A stretch of DNA of 64,000 nt from Candidatus Bathyarchaeia archaeon (GTDB lineage Archaea > Thermoproteota > Bathyarchaeia > Bathyarchaeales > Bathycorpusculaceae), in NCBI GenBank assembly GCA_050012255.1, contig JBEKHN010000005.1, positions 53,337-117,336 on the forward strand, in the 5' to 3' direction. The notes below the pieces were generated by a model. It did not search any database. It was not told where the DNA came from and worked only from the letters and a program-made list of their open reading frames with translations. Positions within the stretch are counted from its first letter, which is position 1. Every line of letters starts with the position of its first letter. The translations under genes were made by a program, and so were the position numbers. Shown here one piece after another: positions 1 to 9,524 of this stretch.

Positions 1-83
1 AAGGACTTGAAACGTTTTTTGTTTTCCAGAGTGTGCAAGAGCATCTGTCTAGTCTCGAGGCTTTGCTTAAGATTCTAGCGCGC

Positions 84-235
84 ATGCCTGTTCCCAAATT
101 CGTTTGCAGAGTATCTTGTGCTTCCGGCTTTACTCCGCCTATGGACAGTGATGGACGTCGGGATACGACGAGCATCGTTCAGAAGGCGCAAATCAACTCT
201 ATCACACTTAAAAATAGGAATTTAGGAACACGCTA
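84..235. mobile_element. MITE-like element 1 (152 bp), flanked on both sides by GCGCGC
   Basis: Ends ATGCCTGTTCCCAAATTC ... GAATTTAGGAACACGCTA are imperfect inverted repeats; GCGCGC at 78-83 and 236-241; same end sequences as elements at 27056 and 60753; no transposase. Confidence 0.75.
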
Positions 236-393
236 GCGCGCGCTATGGCGATTGGGGGTGTTTCAGTCATTAACCACACTTTGAAGTCTTTCGATCAGAA
301 CCATTTCTATCCATTCGTGCGAAGGATTCCGTGCTATAACATTTCTTTCTGCGTAGCCTCTGCCAAGGCTTAGATTCAGCCAAGCTTGTAGTC

Positions 394-3300
394 TTATCTT
401 CCGTCCGGTTTAGCCTTGGGTATGTTTATTGTGAATTGTGCTCCTTTGCCATGCGTGCCTGTTTCGCTGATCGTCCAGCCATAAACCTCCATCATCCTTC
501 TAATCAGGTAAAGCCCGTAGCCTGAGCCTTTGCCAGTAGTGAAACCTTCAGTGAAAAGCTTGGATTTTGCGTCTCGAGATATGCCAACGCCATCATCCTC
601 ATAGATCAGCTTCAGCTTGTCCTCGAATTCCTCATAGCGAACTCTGATTTGAGTTAACTTCTCGCCATACTTGAGCGAGTCATCAATCAAATTGTAGAAA
701 AGCTGTCTCAGGAGCGAATCAGCCAACACGGTCAATCCTCCGCACTCGTTCGTTATTCTGATGCCCTTCAAGTCTGGGAAGAGCGACGCTGCCTCGTCAA
801 CAGCCTTGCCAACGTTCATGTTGACCAGTTGTTCGACGCCCAGCTTCTCGTATGTTCTGGCAAACTCGAAAATGGCTTCCACGTTTCTGACCGCGTTTTC
901 CATGTCGGCCAACTGCTCCAACGCTTCAGGGTTTCCAGCCAGCTTTCGCCTTAGCAGATAAGCGTTTCCAGTTACCGCGCAAAGCTTGTTTCGCACATCA
1001 TGCCTCGTGAGGCTACCAACAACCCGCAGTTTTTCCTCCAGATTCTTCCTTTCCAAAATGTCGCGGAATACCACCAGATCCGCCGGTTTACCTTTATAAT
1101 CGATTTTCGCCGCGTTTATTTCGTACACCAGTTTTCCCCCGTCCTTCTTCAGCATTTCGACTTCGTACGGTTCCACGTGCACTCCCATCATCCTTTCGGC
1201 CAAGTTCTTTATCATTACTGCTTTGGTCCTCGCCCCAAACATTTCTACTTTCAGCAAGTTCTTTCCGACAAGCTCTTCTTTCTTGAACCCAGTTATTTCT
1301 TCCACTTTTTGAGTGACTTCCAAGATTTTTCCTCTTCCATCCACGACAGCCACCGGGTCAGCCATAAGGTCAAACAACATTTGGAAATGCTTTCTCGACT
1401 CTTCCGATTCTTCCTGCGCCCTTTTCAGCTCTGTGATGTCCTTGTACAAAACTATGTCACCTAAATGCTGGCCTTGGAGCACGATTGGGGCAGAGGACAA
1501 GGCCACAGGAATTGGAGAGCCCTTTTTGTTCTTCCTAACAGTCTCATAGTAGACGTATCCTTCCTTGCCTCTCTGGGCTAACATCAACGCCTCTTTTCTC
1601 CTATCCTCTGGCACCACAAAGTCGTCGAGGAATTTTTCCTTGACTTCGTCAAAAGAGTATCCAAAAAGCTCGGTGAAACGCGGATTAACGTTCAAGACTC
1701 TTTCGTTTGGGTCTACGTACACTGCCGCCTCGGGATTACTCATGAATAGCTGTTCAAACTTCTCTTGATTCTCTTGAATCAGCTTTTCTGCGTTCTTTCG
1801 TTCAGAGACATCTCTCATGACTACTTGAACGCCTACAGGCTTGCCATCTTCAATCAATAATCCAGGATGCACTTCTGCCCATCGACTCGTTCCATCTTTC
1901 CGAACATAAAGGAATTCAACTGGTGAAAGTGGTTCTCCATTCATCAGTGAGCTGAGCATCTCTTGAAATTTTGGAATGTCCTCCACTGGAATAGTCTTCA
2001 ACTCCGTGAATGGCTTGCCAACGATTCCTTCGTCAGAGTCATAGCCCACTAGCCTCAGGAAACTACGGTTGGCCGATGTGACTATGCCTTCTGCATTCAC
2101 AGCTACTATGCCGTCGGGAGCCAGCTCAATCAGATTTCTATATTTTTCCTCAGATTCCTTCAACGTTTGTTCTGCTTTCTTGCGTTCGGTGATGTCTCTA
2201 TGTATGACTTCTATACCGATGACCTTGCCTTTCTGTTTATACGTGCTAACACTGAGCTCAAGCGGAATGGATTCTCCTTTCTTGTTCATTCCCCTTATTT
2301 CGTATACGAGGGGAAGTTCCTCTTCTGAGTATTTTGTCTGATATTTTTCTAGAACCATGGCGCGATCGTCAGGGTGGACAAAATCCAAGAACGCTTTGCC
2401 TTTCAGTTCTTCATCAGTGTATCCTGATGATTTCTTGAATGCTGCGTTGTAGTCTATGAGGCGACCTTCTCTTCCAACGAAGATGCCCACAGGGTCTTGT
2501 ATGCTTTCGAACAAGCCCCTAAACCTTTCCTCAGACTCTCTTAACAATTCCTCGCTTTTCTTGCGTTCAGTAATGTCTTCTATTGCACTCACAAAGCCTA
2601 TTGGATTGCCAGAAATGTCTCTTAGAACGCTCGCACTAACTGACAGCGCCCGTCTGCTGCCATCATTGGCGATAATTGTGTATTCTATGCTTCTCATTAG
2701 ACCTTGCTTCAGGACTTTTTCCATGTTCTCCATTGCCCTTTGCCTGTCTTCCTCAGCGATGGGCTCAAGAGCACTTCTTCCGACAGACTCGCTTCTTGAC
2801 GAATACCCAAAAATCTCCTGAGCCCGCCCATTGCACTCCACAATTTTCCCATTCAGATCAATAACGAGAATGGCGTTAGGAGATGCATCGAACAAGCTCT
2901 GCAACCTCCTCTGCCTGTCAGATGACTCGCTTTCGTTTTTCTTGGTTTCAGTGATGTCCAGAACTATGCCGACTGTGCCTGCAAATCGTCCATCGTGATC
3001 AAAAAAAGGGGCACCGGAAATCAGAGCATTCCGAACAGTGCCGTCGCTCCTGCGGAATACGGCTTCATAGCGGCTGGCCTCTCCTTGGCGGCGTCGTTGT
3101 GTCTCATTTTCTATTTTTGCCCAGTTCTCATCGTCGACTATTTTGTGCAGGTTCATGCCTGCAAGCTGGTCTTGTTCGTAACCAACGATGTCAGCGAATG
3201 CTTTGTTGGCATAAACAATGTTCTCTTCAGCATCCACATACGAGATTCCTTCAACCGCGTTCTGATAAATTGTTCGGAGCTTCTGGACTGTCTCCTTCAT

Positions 3301-3759
3301 CTGAGCTTCTGCGGAGTGTTTCTCCACAGTAGACCGCAGACAATGTGCCAGTTCACAATACACTGCTTCAGGATCGCCAGTCTTGTTAACATAGTGGTCA
3401 GCGCCCAGACTCCACGCCTTAACAGCAACTTCCTCTCTTCCTTTTCCAGTGAACATGATAAATGGGATAGTGTTTCCGTTCTTTCTCAGCATTTCCAGAA
3501 ATTCAAGCCCATCTTTCCCAGGCATCTGATAGTCCGAAACGACCGCGTCATAATGCTCTTTCTGAAGCTTCGCTAACGCTTCTTCAACTGAACTCGCGGC
3601 GTCCACTTGGAATAGGCCCTGCAACTCCAAACATTGCTTCGCAACCTTCAGCAAAGCAGGCTCGTCGTCAACATGCAAGACACGAATCTTCGACTTCTCT
3701 GTGGAATCGACAACTATCTCGGCATGTGACTGAACAACAGATTCAACCATGCAAATCAC
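394..3759 (-). CDS. Hybrid sensor histidine kinase: receiver + about six PAS/PAC + HisKA/HATPase
   Basis: VLHVDDE...SDYQMPGKDG receiver; repeated PAS/PAC units ending DITERKK; H-box RHDVRNKL; G-boxes DDGVG, GSGYGL. Confidence 0.92.
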   Translation of the reverse strand: MICMVESVVQSHAEIVVDSTEKSKIRVLHVDDEPALLKVAKQCLELQGLFQVDAASSVEEALAKLQKEHYDAVVSDYQMPGKDGLEFLEMLRKNGNTIPFIMFTGKGREEVAVKAWSLGADHYVNKTGDPEAVYCELAHCLRSTVEKHSAEAQMKETVQKLRTIYQNAVEGISYVDAEENIVYANKAFADIVGYEQDQLAGMNLHKIVDDENWAKIENETQRRRQGEASRYEAVFRRSDGTVRNALISGAPFFDHDGRFAGTVGIVLDITETKKNESESSDRQRRLQSLFDASPNAILVIDLNGKIVECNGRAQEIFGYSSRSESVGRSALEPIAEEDRQRAMENMEKVLKQGLMRSIEYTIIANDGSRRALSVSASVLRDISGNPIGFVSAIEDITERKKSEELLRESEERFRGLFESIQDPVGIFVGREGRLIDYNAAFKKSSGYTDEELKGKAFLDFVHPDDRAMVLEKYQTKYSEEELPLVYEIRGMNKKGESIPLELSVSTYKQKGKVIGIEVIHRDITERKKAEQTLKESEEKYRNLIELAPDGIVAVNAEGIVTSANRSFLRLVGYDSDEGIVGKPFTELKTIPVEDIPKFQEMLSSLMNGEPLSPVEFLYVRKDGTSRWAEVHPGLLIEDGKPVGVQVVMRDVSERKNAEKLIQENQEKFEQLFMSNPEAAVYVDPNERVLNVNPRFTELFGYSFDEVKEKFLDDFVVPEDRRKEALMLAQRGKEGYVYYETVRKNKKGSPIPVALSSAPIVLQGQHLGDIVLYKDITELKRAQEESEESRKHFQMLFDLMADPVAVVDGRGKILEVTQKVEEITGFKKEELVGKNLLKVEMFGARTKAVMIKNLAERMMGVHVEPYEVEMLKKDGGKLVYEINAAKIDYKGKPADLVVFRDILERKNLEEKLRVVGSLTRHDVRNKLCAVTGNAYLLRRKLAGNPEALEQLADMENAVRNVEAIFEFARTYEKLGVEQLVNMNVGKAVDEAASLFPDLKGIRITNECGGLTVLADSLLRQLFYNLIDDSLKYGEKLTQIRVRYEEFEDKLKLIYEDDGVGISRDAKSKLFTEGFTTGKGSGYGLYLIRRMMEVYGWTISETGTHGKGAQFTINIPKAKPDGR

Positions 3760-3942
3760 ACTTTACACTAGTCCACTACACGCACGTGCACCTGTGACGT
3801 TGTTTTGAATGTCCTTCTCCTGATTAAACACTTATGAACACAAAATCAATACTCAATGGCAACCCCTCCAAAACCACACAAACACTCAACACAAGACCAA
3901 CATTCAGCCGTAAAAGCGCGCGTGCAAAGCGTTCAAAACGAA

Positions 3943-3973
3943 GACGAGAGTTCGAATCTCTCCCGGGCTACCA
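3943..3973 (+). other. tRNA 3' fragment (T-arm + acceptor strand + CCA), probably tRNA-Gln; att-like remnant
   Basis: GAC GAGAG TTCGAAT CTCTC CCGGGCT A CCA; GGGCTA-CCA end is typical of archaeal tRNA-Gln; no complementary 5' half (AGCCCGG) upstream. Confidence 0.8.
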
Positions 3974-4383
3974 CTCTCGAGTTTGATTATACTAAATTCT
4001 GCTGAGAGGTTTCGCTCATTTCCCCTCTTTTTCTGTTTCTAGGAGACGATCATCCTTGAATGAGTGTAAAGTCGTTCTTGTTTTCAGAAGGTATGAAGAG
4101 TTTTGGAGGTTCTGTTTTTCAGAGTGCAGAGATTTCAAGCTCGGTTGTGCTAAGTCTTGCAAGTTTAGGAAGGCTCTTGTTATCTCCCATGCTGATCGAT
4201 CCAGCTACTTCTTGCCGTTAATTCATAATACTTGTCGATGGAGAGATGAGCAGCGCGCGCTACCAAAAAAACAACCTGCAATAAATCTATTGCTATCCTG
4301 TGTTTCTCTGTTCTTTAGCTCTTTCAGCTTGACTAGAGCCTTTTCTTTGAGGGGCAATCTGGATTTCTGCGATATTTGAAGAA

Positions 4384-4539
4384 CTAAGTTATACTTGTTC
4401 CTGTTTTCTCTCTACAATACCAACAATAGCCTTCTTCATCCATATTATAGTCTTTACATTTTGGACAAAGTCTTCCTTGTCTTGATTCTTCAAGAAATCG
4501 TTTTCTTGGTTCTTTCGAAGTTTTTTTCTCTTCACTCAT
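4384..4539 (-). CDS. Small zinc-finger protein (51 aa)
   Basis: MSEEKK...CPKC-x9-CWYC; GAGG upstream of ATG at 4539. Confidence 0.55.
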   Translation of the reverse strand: MSEEKKTSKEPRKRFLEESRQGRLCPKCKDYNMDEEGYCWYCREKTGTSIT

Positions 4540-4549
4540 TTTTAAACCT

Positions 4550-4765
4550 CTAGTTTGTCTTCTGTTTACGCGCAGATAATGCGCGCGCCGTGAAAGACAA
4601 TGATTCACCCGTCCTCTCCTTGTAATTATGCATATACTCACGGGCCTTAGTCACGTCAAGCTCAATCAACCCGTAGACCCGATTCTTCACTGCCATGTTA
4701 TCCAGCATCTCAATACCCCAACCGCGATTCTTCCTTACTTCCCGAAAAGTCCCTATGTAATCCAG
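4550..4765 (-). pseudogene. N-terminal fragment of a 2-oxo-acid dehydrogenase E2-like acyltransferase
   Basis: My translation: ...RVYGLIELDVTKAREYMHNYKERTGESLSFTA; resemblance to the family ends in GCGCGCGC at 4581-4588. Confidence 0.7.
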
Positions 4766-4983
4766 CTCTCATCCCAACCCAAGACTATTCGCAGATACTA
4801 TTTGTCAACCTTGGCAGTAAAAGACCTTGCGCAACATAATCTAAGCGCGCGCTACAATGTTGAGACAGCACTGCAGAATATCAGACATAATCAAGGGTGG
4901 CGTTGTCAGGTGGCTACCTCATGAAGAGGCTTGAGAGAACTAAGAGACTAAAGAGAGATAGACTATTGCGCTAATCTCGCGCG

Positions 4984-5115
4984 CTATTTCTTACCTTTAT
5001 CATATTCTGCAGGGAGTTCAACACTCCGTTTCTCTTTCCTTTTCAGTTCCTTCTCTCTCTGCAATTTCATGTGGCGTTTATGATCCATAGCTTTCTCTTT
5101 CTTGCCTTTGGGCAC
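4984..5115 (-). CDS. Tiny basic protein (43 aa) MPKGKKEKAMDHKRHMKLQREKELKRKEKRSVELPAEYDKGKK
   Basis: GTG start after GGAGGGTGA SD; TTTTAATA TATA-like box upstream; TAG stop overlaps the GCGCGC motif. Confidence 0.55.
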   Translation of the reverse strand: MPKGKKEKAMDHKRHMKLQREKELKRKEKRSVELPAEYDKGKK

Positions 5116-5331
5116 AATTCACCCTCCTTAAGATTAGACTATGCTCTCACGTCTATTAAAATTGCGCGTGCTTTGCCGTAGTAGAAACTGATGGATCGAT
5201 CGATCAATGATAGTAGTGGTTGAACAATGATATCGTATCAGAGAGGTTTGCAAAGAACAAAGAGATTGAAAAGAGATTAGTCGTAGTGTGCTCGATAGAG
5301 CACGTTAAGAATGAATGTGAGATAAATGGAA

Positions 5332-5418
5332 CTATTTCTTTAATCGCTTTTCCTTGTGTTTTTTCCTTTTCTCTTCTCGTTCTTTCTTAGTCATCGGTTT
5401 ATTCTTGGCGCTTCCCAT
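5332..5418 (-). CDS. Tiny basic peptide (28 aa) MGSAKNKPMTKKEREEKRKKHKEKRLKK
   Basis: ATG preceded by GGTGA SD-like sequence; very K/R rich. Confidence 0.45.
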   Translation of the reverse strand: MGSAKNKPMTKKEREEKRKKHKEKRLKK

Positions 5419-5556
5419 ACTCAATGCAATCACCACTGAAGAATGGTTAGAACAATGAATAAGGTTTTTGCACATAAAGAACTAAGAGGTTAGAAAGAGG
5501 TAGGCAGTTTTGAGCTCGAAGAGCTCGCTGAGCCATCAAATAGTATGTTCATGAAG

Positions 5557-6144
5557 CTATGTTTCAGATTTCTGGGGCTGCGGAAAGTTTTGTCTCAGGT
5601 ATTGACAATACTTGTCTTCTATGCGGTCATAATACCCAAGTTCCCAGTGTGTTGGGCTCATCAACCCGTACTCAGTACAGCCAAGCATCCATGACATCAC
5701 ATGGGCAATTTCAACTCTCTCACTGGAACCAAAATAGTCGTCCTTCAGCATCTCTATGACCAAACCACTCATCTTGCTGAGAAGACTACAGAATTCTGGA
5801 AACTTGTCGACACCCGACTTGGATATTCTTTTTTCGGTGCCCCAAGCAACATATTTGTTCAACGGGTTCTGTGAGTCAGGATTGACTGCGAACTTGTCGG
5901 GAACAAGAAGTCCGAGTTTGTAGTTCATCTTGCTCTGAACAACTTCGCGGCACTTCTTTTCTGTCAACACGCGAAAGCTGACAACAACCTCGTCTTCAAC
6001 ACGATCTCTGATCAAAAAGTGAACACTCTTAACCCCTACAAGGTCTACCACAAAACCGTAGAATTCAAGAAGAACACTTCTGACATTCTCTGGTGCACAT
6101 TTGAAAACTGCTACAGACCAATCATCATCTGGCATAGCAACCAC
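5557..6144 (-). CDS. Hypothetical protein (195 aa), weak resemblance to lantibiotic dehydratase C-terminal-like domain
   Basis: Clean ORF co-oriented downstream of the TPR gene; W..VF...HFLIRD...VSFRV...HVMSWMLG pattern. Confidence 0.6.
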   Translation of the reverse strand: MVAMPDDDWSVAVFKCAPENVRSVLLEFYGFVVDLVGVKSVHFLIRDRVEDEVVVSFRVLTEKKCREVVQSKMNYKLGLLVPDKFAVNPDSQNPLNKYVAWGTEKRISKSGVDKFPEFCSLLSKMSGLVIEMLKDDYFGSSERVEIAHVMSWMLGCTEYGLMSPTHWELGYYDRIEDKYCQYLRQNFPQPQKSET

Positions 6145-6233
6145 ATTTTCGTGTATTCTTCTTCTGTTCCTCTTATATGAAACTCAAGTATGATGGCAAG
6201 CGCGGGCTACAAGGTTTCCGCAAAACTAGCAGA

Positions 6234-9200
6234 TCATCTTTCCCCTTTCAGCCAGCTCTTTATTCCAAGTTCTCTCACAACAATCAGTACAGGTTCAGGT
6301 TCGTGTGACTTGTACTTGCCATTCTCGTCCAAGTACAGCACTGTTGGCTTCAGTGAAAACATACCTTGTACCGTCGGCTTAAGGGTAATTCTTATTTCTT
6401 CTGTCTTAAGTGGGTCAAGTCTCTTTCCTTTCAGGTTGATGTAGCTGTCCTCTACTCGACAGGTTTCGGGTTTTTCTGTCAGCTCGAAACCTTTTGGGAT
6501 GATTTCCGTGATCTTTGTCAAGAGGGCAGCGCCCTTCCCGGAATTCACAAGTTCGATCTCTATCTCAAGGTTTTCGCCAACCTTCAGGTCCCTTTGACGG
6601 ATTATCAGGTTTGCTTGTATGTCTGCATGCTCAAACCTTTCTAATCCAACTGCTTCTTCGTGCGAAGGCGTTGGAACTGACATGCTGGCGGTGCTGGAGG
6701 CAACAGCTGGCGCTACCAAAACTTTGTCAAGGGATAGTGCAAATTCACGTTTTTCCTTAACTCTCTCGAGGGTTCTGAGAACGTCGCTGGCTTTTTTGGT
6801 GTATCCTGCTTTATTGAACAGCTTGGCCGAACGATCTAAATACCCTTCAACCAGCCCATAGAACTTCGTTTTGTCTTTGTGATCAGCTTCAGTTTCAGCT
6901 TTGCCCATGTAGAAGTAGGCGTCAAACAAAGCCTCAGTCGCGCTGACCCAGGTGGAGGCATTTCCGAATCCAGCATCCATGTAATAGTCGGAGGCGCTCT
7001 CCATGTAGTGTTTGGCTTCATAATAGAGGATCACATTTCTTGTCGACTTGTAATTCGCGCCCAGCTCAAGTGCTTTGCATATGCTGGAGTTGCCGGCCGC
7101 GAACATGGCAGTCCTCTTTTTCACGCTGCTTTCTTTGGCCTTTGCAAACAGTAGAGATGCTTCCGCATAAAGGCTCGCGTCGGCCATTTCATCAGCAACG
7201 CTCATCTTTTGCCAAGCTTGACACATATAAATCATTGAATAAAGCTCCTTAACTTCAGCTTCAATTTCCATCGTTTGGACAATCTTCTCCAGCTCTCTTG
7301 CTGCAAGCGCATATTTTTCTCCGCTCAATGCGCAGTCTCCGGAGGCGTAAAGGTTCTTGGCCTCCTCGATGAGGACTCTCGTAAGACAATAGTCTTCTCT
7401 CAGATTGGAAGCCTTAATCAGTTTGAATGCCAATTCTTTTTCATCCAAGCCTGCAATCTCATTGCGTTTTGTTTCAATAGATTTTCTGGCTTGACGGAAA
7501 AGTCTAGCTGCTTCTTCGAAAGCATGAATGCATTCTTGGCTTTGATCGTTCCTACTCAGGCCTTCCGCTTGTTCAAGACAAGCCCACGCTGAGTAGTTCG
7601 GAGCTATGTAGATCCATGATTTCGATGAGTTGAGATATGCAGCTGCTCTCTCGTAGTTGTCTTTGGACTTACCAAACTCCTCTCTTTCGTGGTTGTATTT
7701 TGCTCTCTCAATGCAACTCCAAGCCTGCATGTACGTCACATAATCCGCGTAAAAACTACTAAGTTGAGGAGTGTTGTGAGCGCCAAGCGTGAACTGCTTT
7801 GAGGCAGACTCAAAGTTGTTTGCAGATTCCAAGTATTCACCAAGACGATCATAGATCACAGCAGTCTGCCAGTAAGCTTCAGCGACCCTAGTAGGGAGAT
7901 CTGCATTCTTGTTAAGCTGAACAGCGCTTTGATAGGTTTCTACTAGTTTCTTCAGGATTTCTTTTTCCGCGGTGGTCTGGTAGAGTTGGTTCAATATGCT
8001 TCCCAATTCCGTCTCAAAACTTCCCAGTAGTGCGAAGAGTTCTCTACGTGAAGGATAGGAAGCTACGTGCTTTTCGAAGAGTCCTATGCAAGTTTCCATG
8101 TTAGAAACCGCCTTTTCAAGGAGCTCTTTTCTGTTCTCTTTTGTTTCCTCTAATCTGCTAAGTTCAAGCAGGATAAGTGCAAGTGCTTCGTAAGGAAGAG
8201 ATCGGGGCAACGCATACTGAGGACGCAGTTGCTCTGTATAGTGAACGGCTTTCTCTCCAAGTGTCATAGCCTCAACCAGTAGCTCTCTTTTCTCAGCCCC
8301 CGTTCTTAGAGTTGACAAGTCATAGAGGGCATGCGACAGTTCAGATGAACTGTGAAAAATCGCATGTGTTGAACCTATGCGTTGTGCATATTCAAGGCCA
8401 TTCTTCCCTAGATTTACGGCTTTCTTAAGTAATTCATGTCTTGCTTCCAATTCCGTCTCTATACTTGCTAGTTCTCTAAGATTCGCGACGTATCCATACC
8501 CATAAGAATGAAAGATCCCGGGACTGTAATTAGCAGGAACACTGTAGGCGATGGCTTTGCCAGCATACTCCTCACATTTCGCTGATGTTTCTTTTATTTC
8601 CTCTAGGTTTTCTTTCCAGGTCAGACTCCATGCCGTTGAAAATGCCAAACCGTCAAACGCCCCAGACATAATACGGTAATCGTTTACTTTGCTGCAATAT
8701 TGGAGTGCTTTGTTGAAGAGGCTTGATCCCACTTCCACTCCAGCGCCAAGATCATTCTCAGCAAATCCTAAACAAACAGTTGATTTGGCTAGAAGGTAGG
8801 TGTCACCGATTTTTTCCGAGATTCTGATTGCTTCTTTCACATATTCGAATGCCCTCTGCTCGCATTCCTTTCTTTTCGTTTCCAACCGTAGAGACATGGC
8901 GGCGTCAACGCAGTTAATGCTTGTTACGTGATATGCTCTCGCGAGTTCGTGCTCATCATCCGCCTCAGAGAATATTCGTATCGCTCTCTCCCCGAGGCTT
9001 ATTGCCTCGTCCAGTATGTTCTCCCTCATCTGCATGTCCAGTTCTAGGTCCAATCGATCAGATAGGATGCAAGCTAGTCTGGTGCAGGTCTTCCCCAACT
9101 CGAGTTGGTCTCTTTTTTCATGATAGACTTTCAAGACTTCCCTCTCAATCCTGCAGCCTTCATCAAGTAGCGTTTTCTTTTCAGACCCTTCTGATGCAAG

Positions 9201-9524
9201 CCAATAGCCCATGTAAGCAATCATTGCATCGCAACGCAAAATACGAGGTGTCTTTTCTGACTCATTCAGTCTTCCATGAAGTTCCTTAGCCTTCTCATAG
9301 CTTAGAATAGCCTGACGCAATCTTTCTCTAAACTCATCATTACTTTCAGCCTGAAATGCAGAGCGGTAAGAAGCATGACCTGACCGCTCATAAATCTCCG
9401 CTATCTTCGAGAAATCATCTTGGGGCAGCAGATTCAGTGCTTTCTCATACGACTCGGCAGCTCCAGACCAATCATATTCCCTCTCTAGTCGTTCTGCCTG
9501 ATGCAGAATTTCCTCCACACTCAA
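6234..9524 (-). CDS. Large TPR/alpha-solenoid protein with C-terminal Ig-like (CARDB/DUF11-like) domain
   Basis: Helical repeats (AAESYEKAL, AEAYWQTA, AARLFRQA) over about 930 aa, then beta-rich LKVGENLEIEIELVNSGKG...LKPTVLY. Confidence 0.8.
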   Translation of the reverse strand: MSVEEILHQAERLEREYDWSGAAESYEKALNLLPQDDFSKIAEIYERSGHASYRSAFQAESNDEFRERLRQAILSYEKAKELHGRLNESEKTPRILRCDAMIAYMGYWLASEGSEKKTLLDEGCRIEREVLKVYHEKRDQLELGKTCTRLACILSDRLDLELDMQMRENILDEAISLGERAIRIFSEADDEHELARAYHVTSINCVDAAMSLRLETKRKECEQRAFEYVKEAIRISEKIGDTYLLAKSTVCLGFAENDLGAGVEVGSSLFNKALQYCSKVNDYRIMSGAFDGLAFSTAWSLTWKENLEEIKETSAKCEEYAGKAIAYSVPANYSPGIFHSYGYGYVANLRELASIETELEARHELLKKAVNLGKNGLEYAQRIGSTHAIFHSSSELSHALYDLSTLRTGAEKRELLVEAMTLGEKAVHYTEQLRPQYALPRSLPYEALALILLELSRLEETKENRKELLEKAVSNMETCIGLFEKHVASYPSRRELFALLGSFETELGSILNQLYQTTAEKEILKKLVETYQSAVQLNKNADLPTRVAEAYWQTAVIYDRLGEYLESANNFESASKQFTLGAHNTPQLSSFYADYVTYMQAWSCIERAKYNHEREEFGKSKDNYERAAAYLNSSKSWIYIAPNYSAWACLEQAEGLSRNDQSQECIHAFEEAARLFRQARKSIETKRNEIAGLDEKELAFKLIKASNLREDYCLTRVLIEEAKNLYASGDCALSGEKYALAARELEKIVQTMEIEAEVKELYSMIYMCQAWQKMSVADEMADASLYAEASLLFAKAKESSVKKRTAMFAAGNSSICKALELGANYKSTRNVILYYEAKHYMESASDYYMDAGFGNASTWVSATEALFDAYFYMGKAETEADHKDKTKFYGLVEGYLDRSAKLFNKAGYTKKASDVLRTLERVKEKREFALSLDKVLVAPAVASSTASMSVPTPSHEEAVGLERFEHADIQANLIIRQRDLKVGENLEIEIELVNSGKGAALLTKITEIIPKGFELTEKPETCRVEDSYINLKGKRLDPLKTEEIRITLKPTVQGMFSLKPTVLYLDENGKYKSHEPEPVLIVVRELGIKSWLKGER

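Noticed and set aside
33-236. 67-aa ORF (also 27103-27459 and 60649-60945)
   Set aside because: Chance frames crossing the MITE-like elements.
3898-3973. Complete tRNA gene
   Set aside because: No 5' acceptor strand, D-arm or anticodon arm upstream of the T-arm.
5194-5205. GATCGATCGATC microrepeat
   Set aside because: Short and isolated, no evident function.
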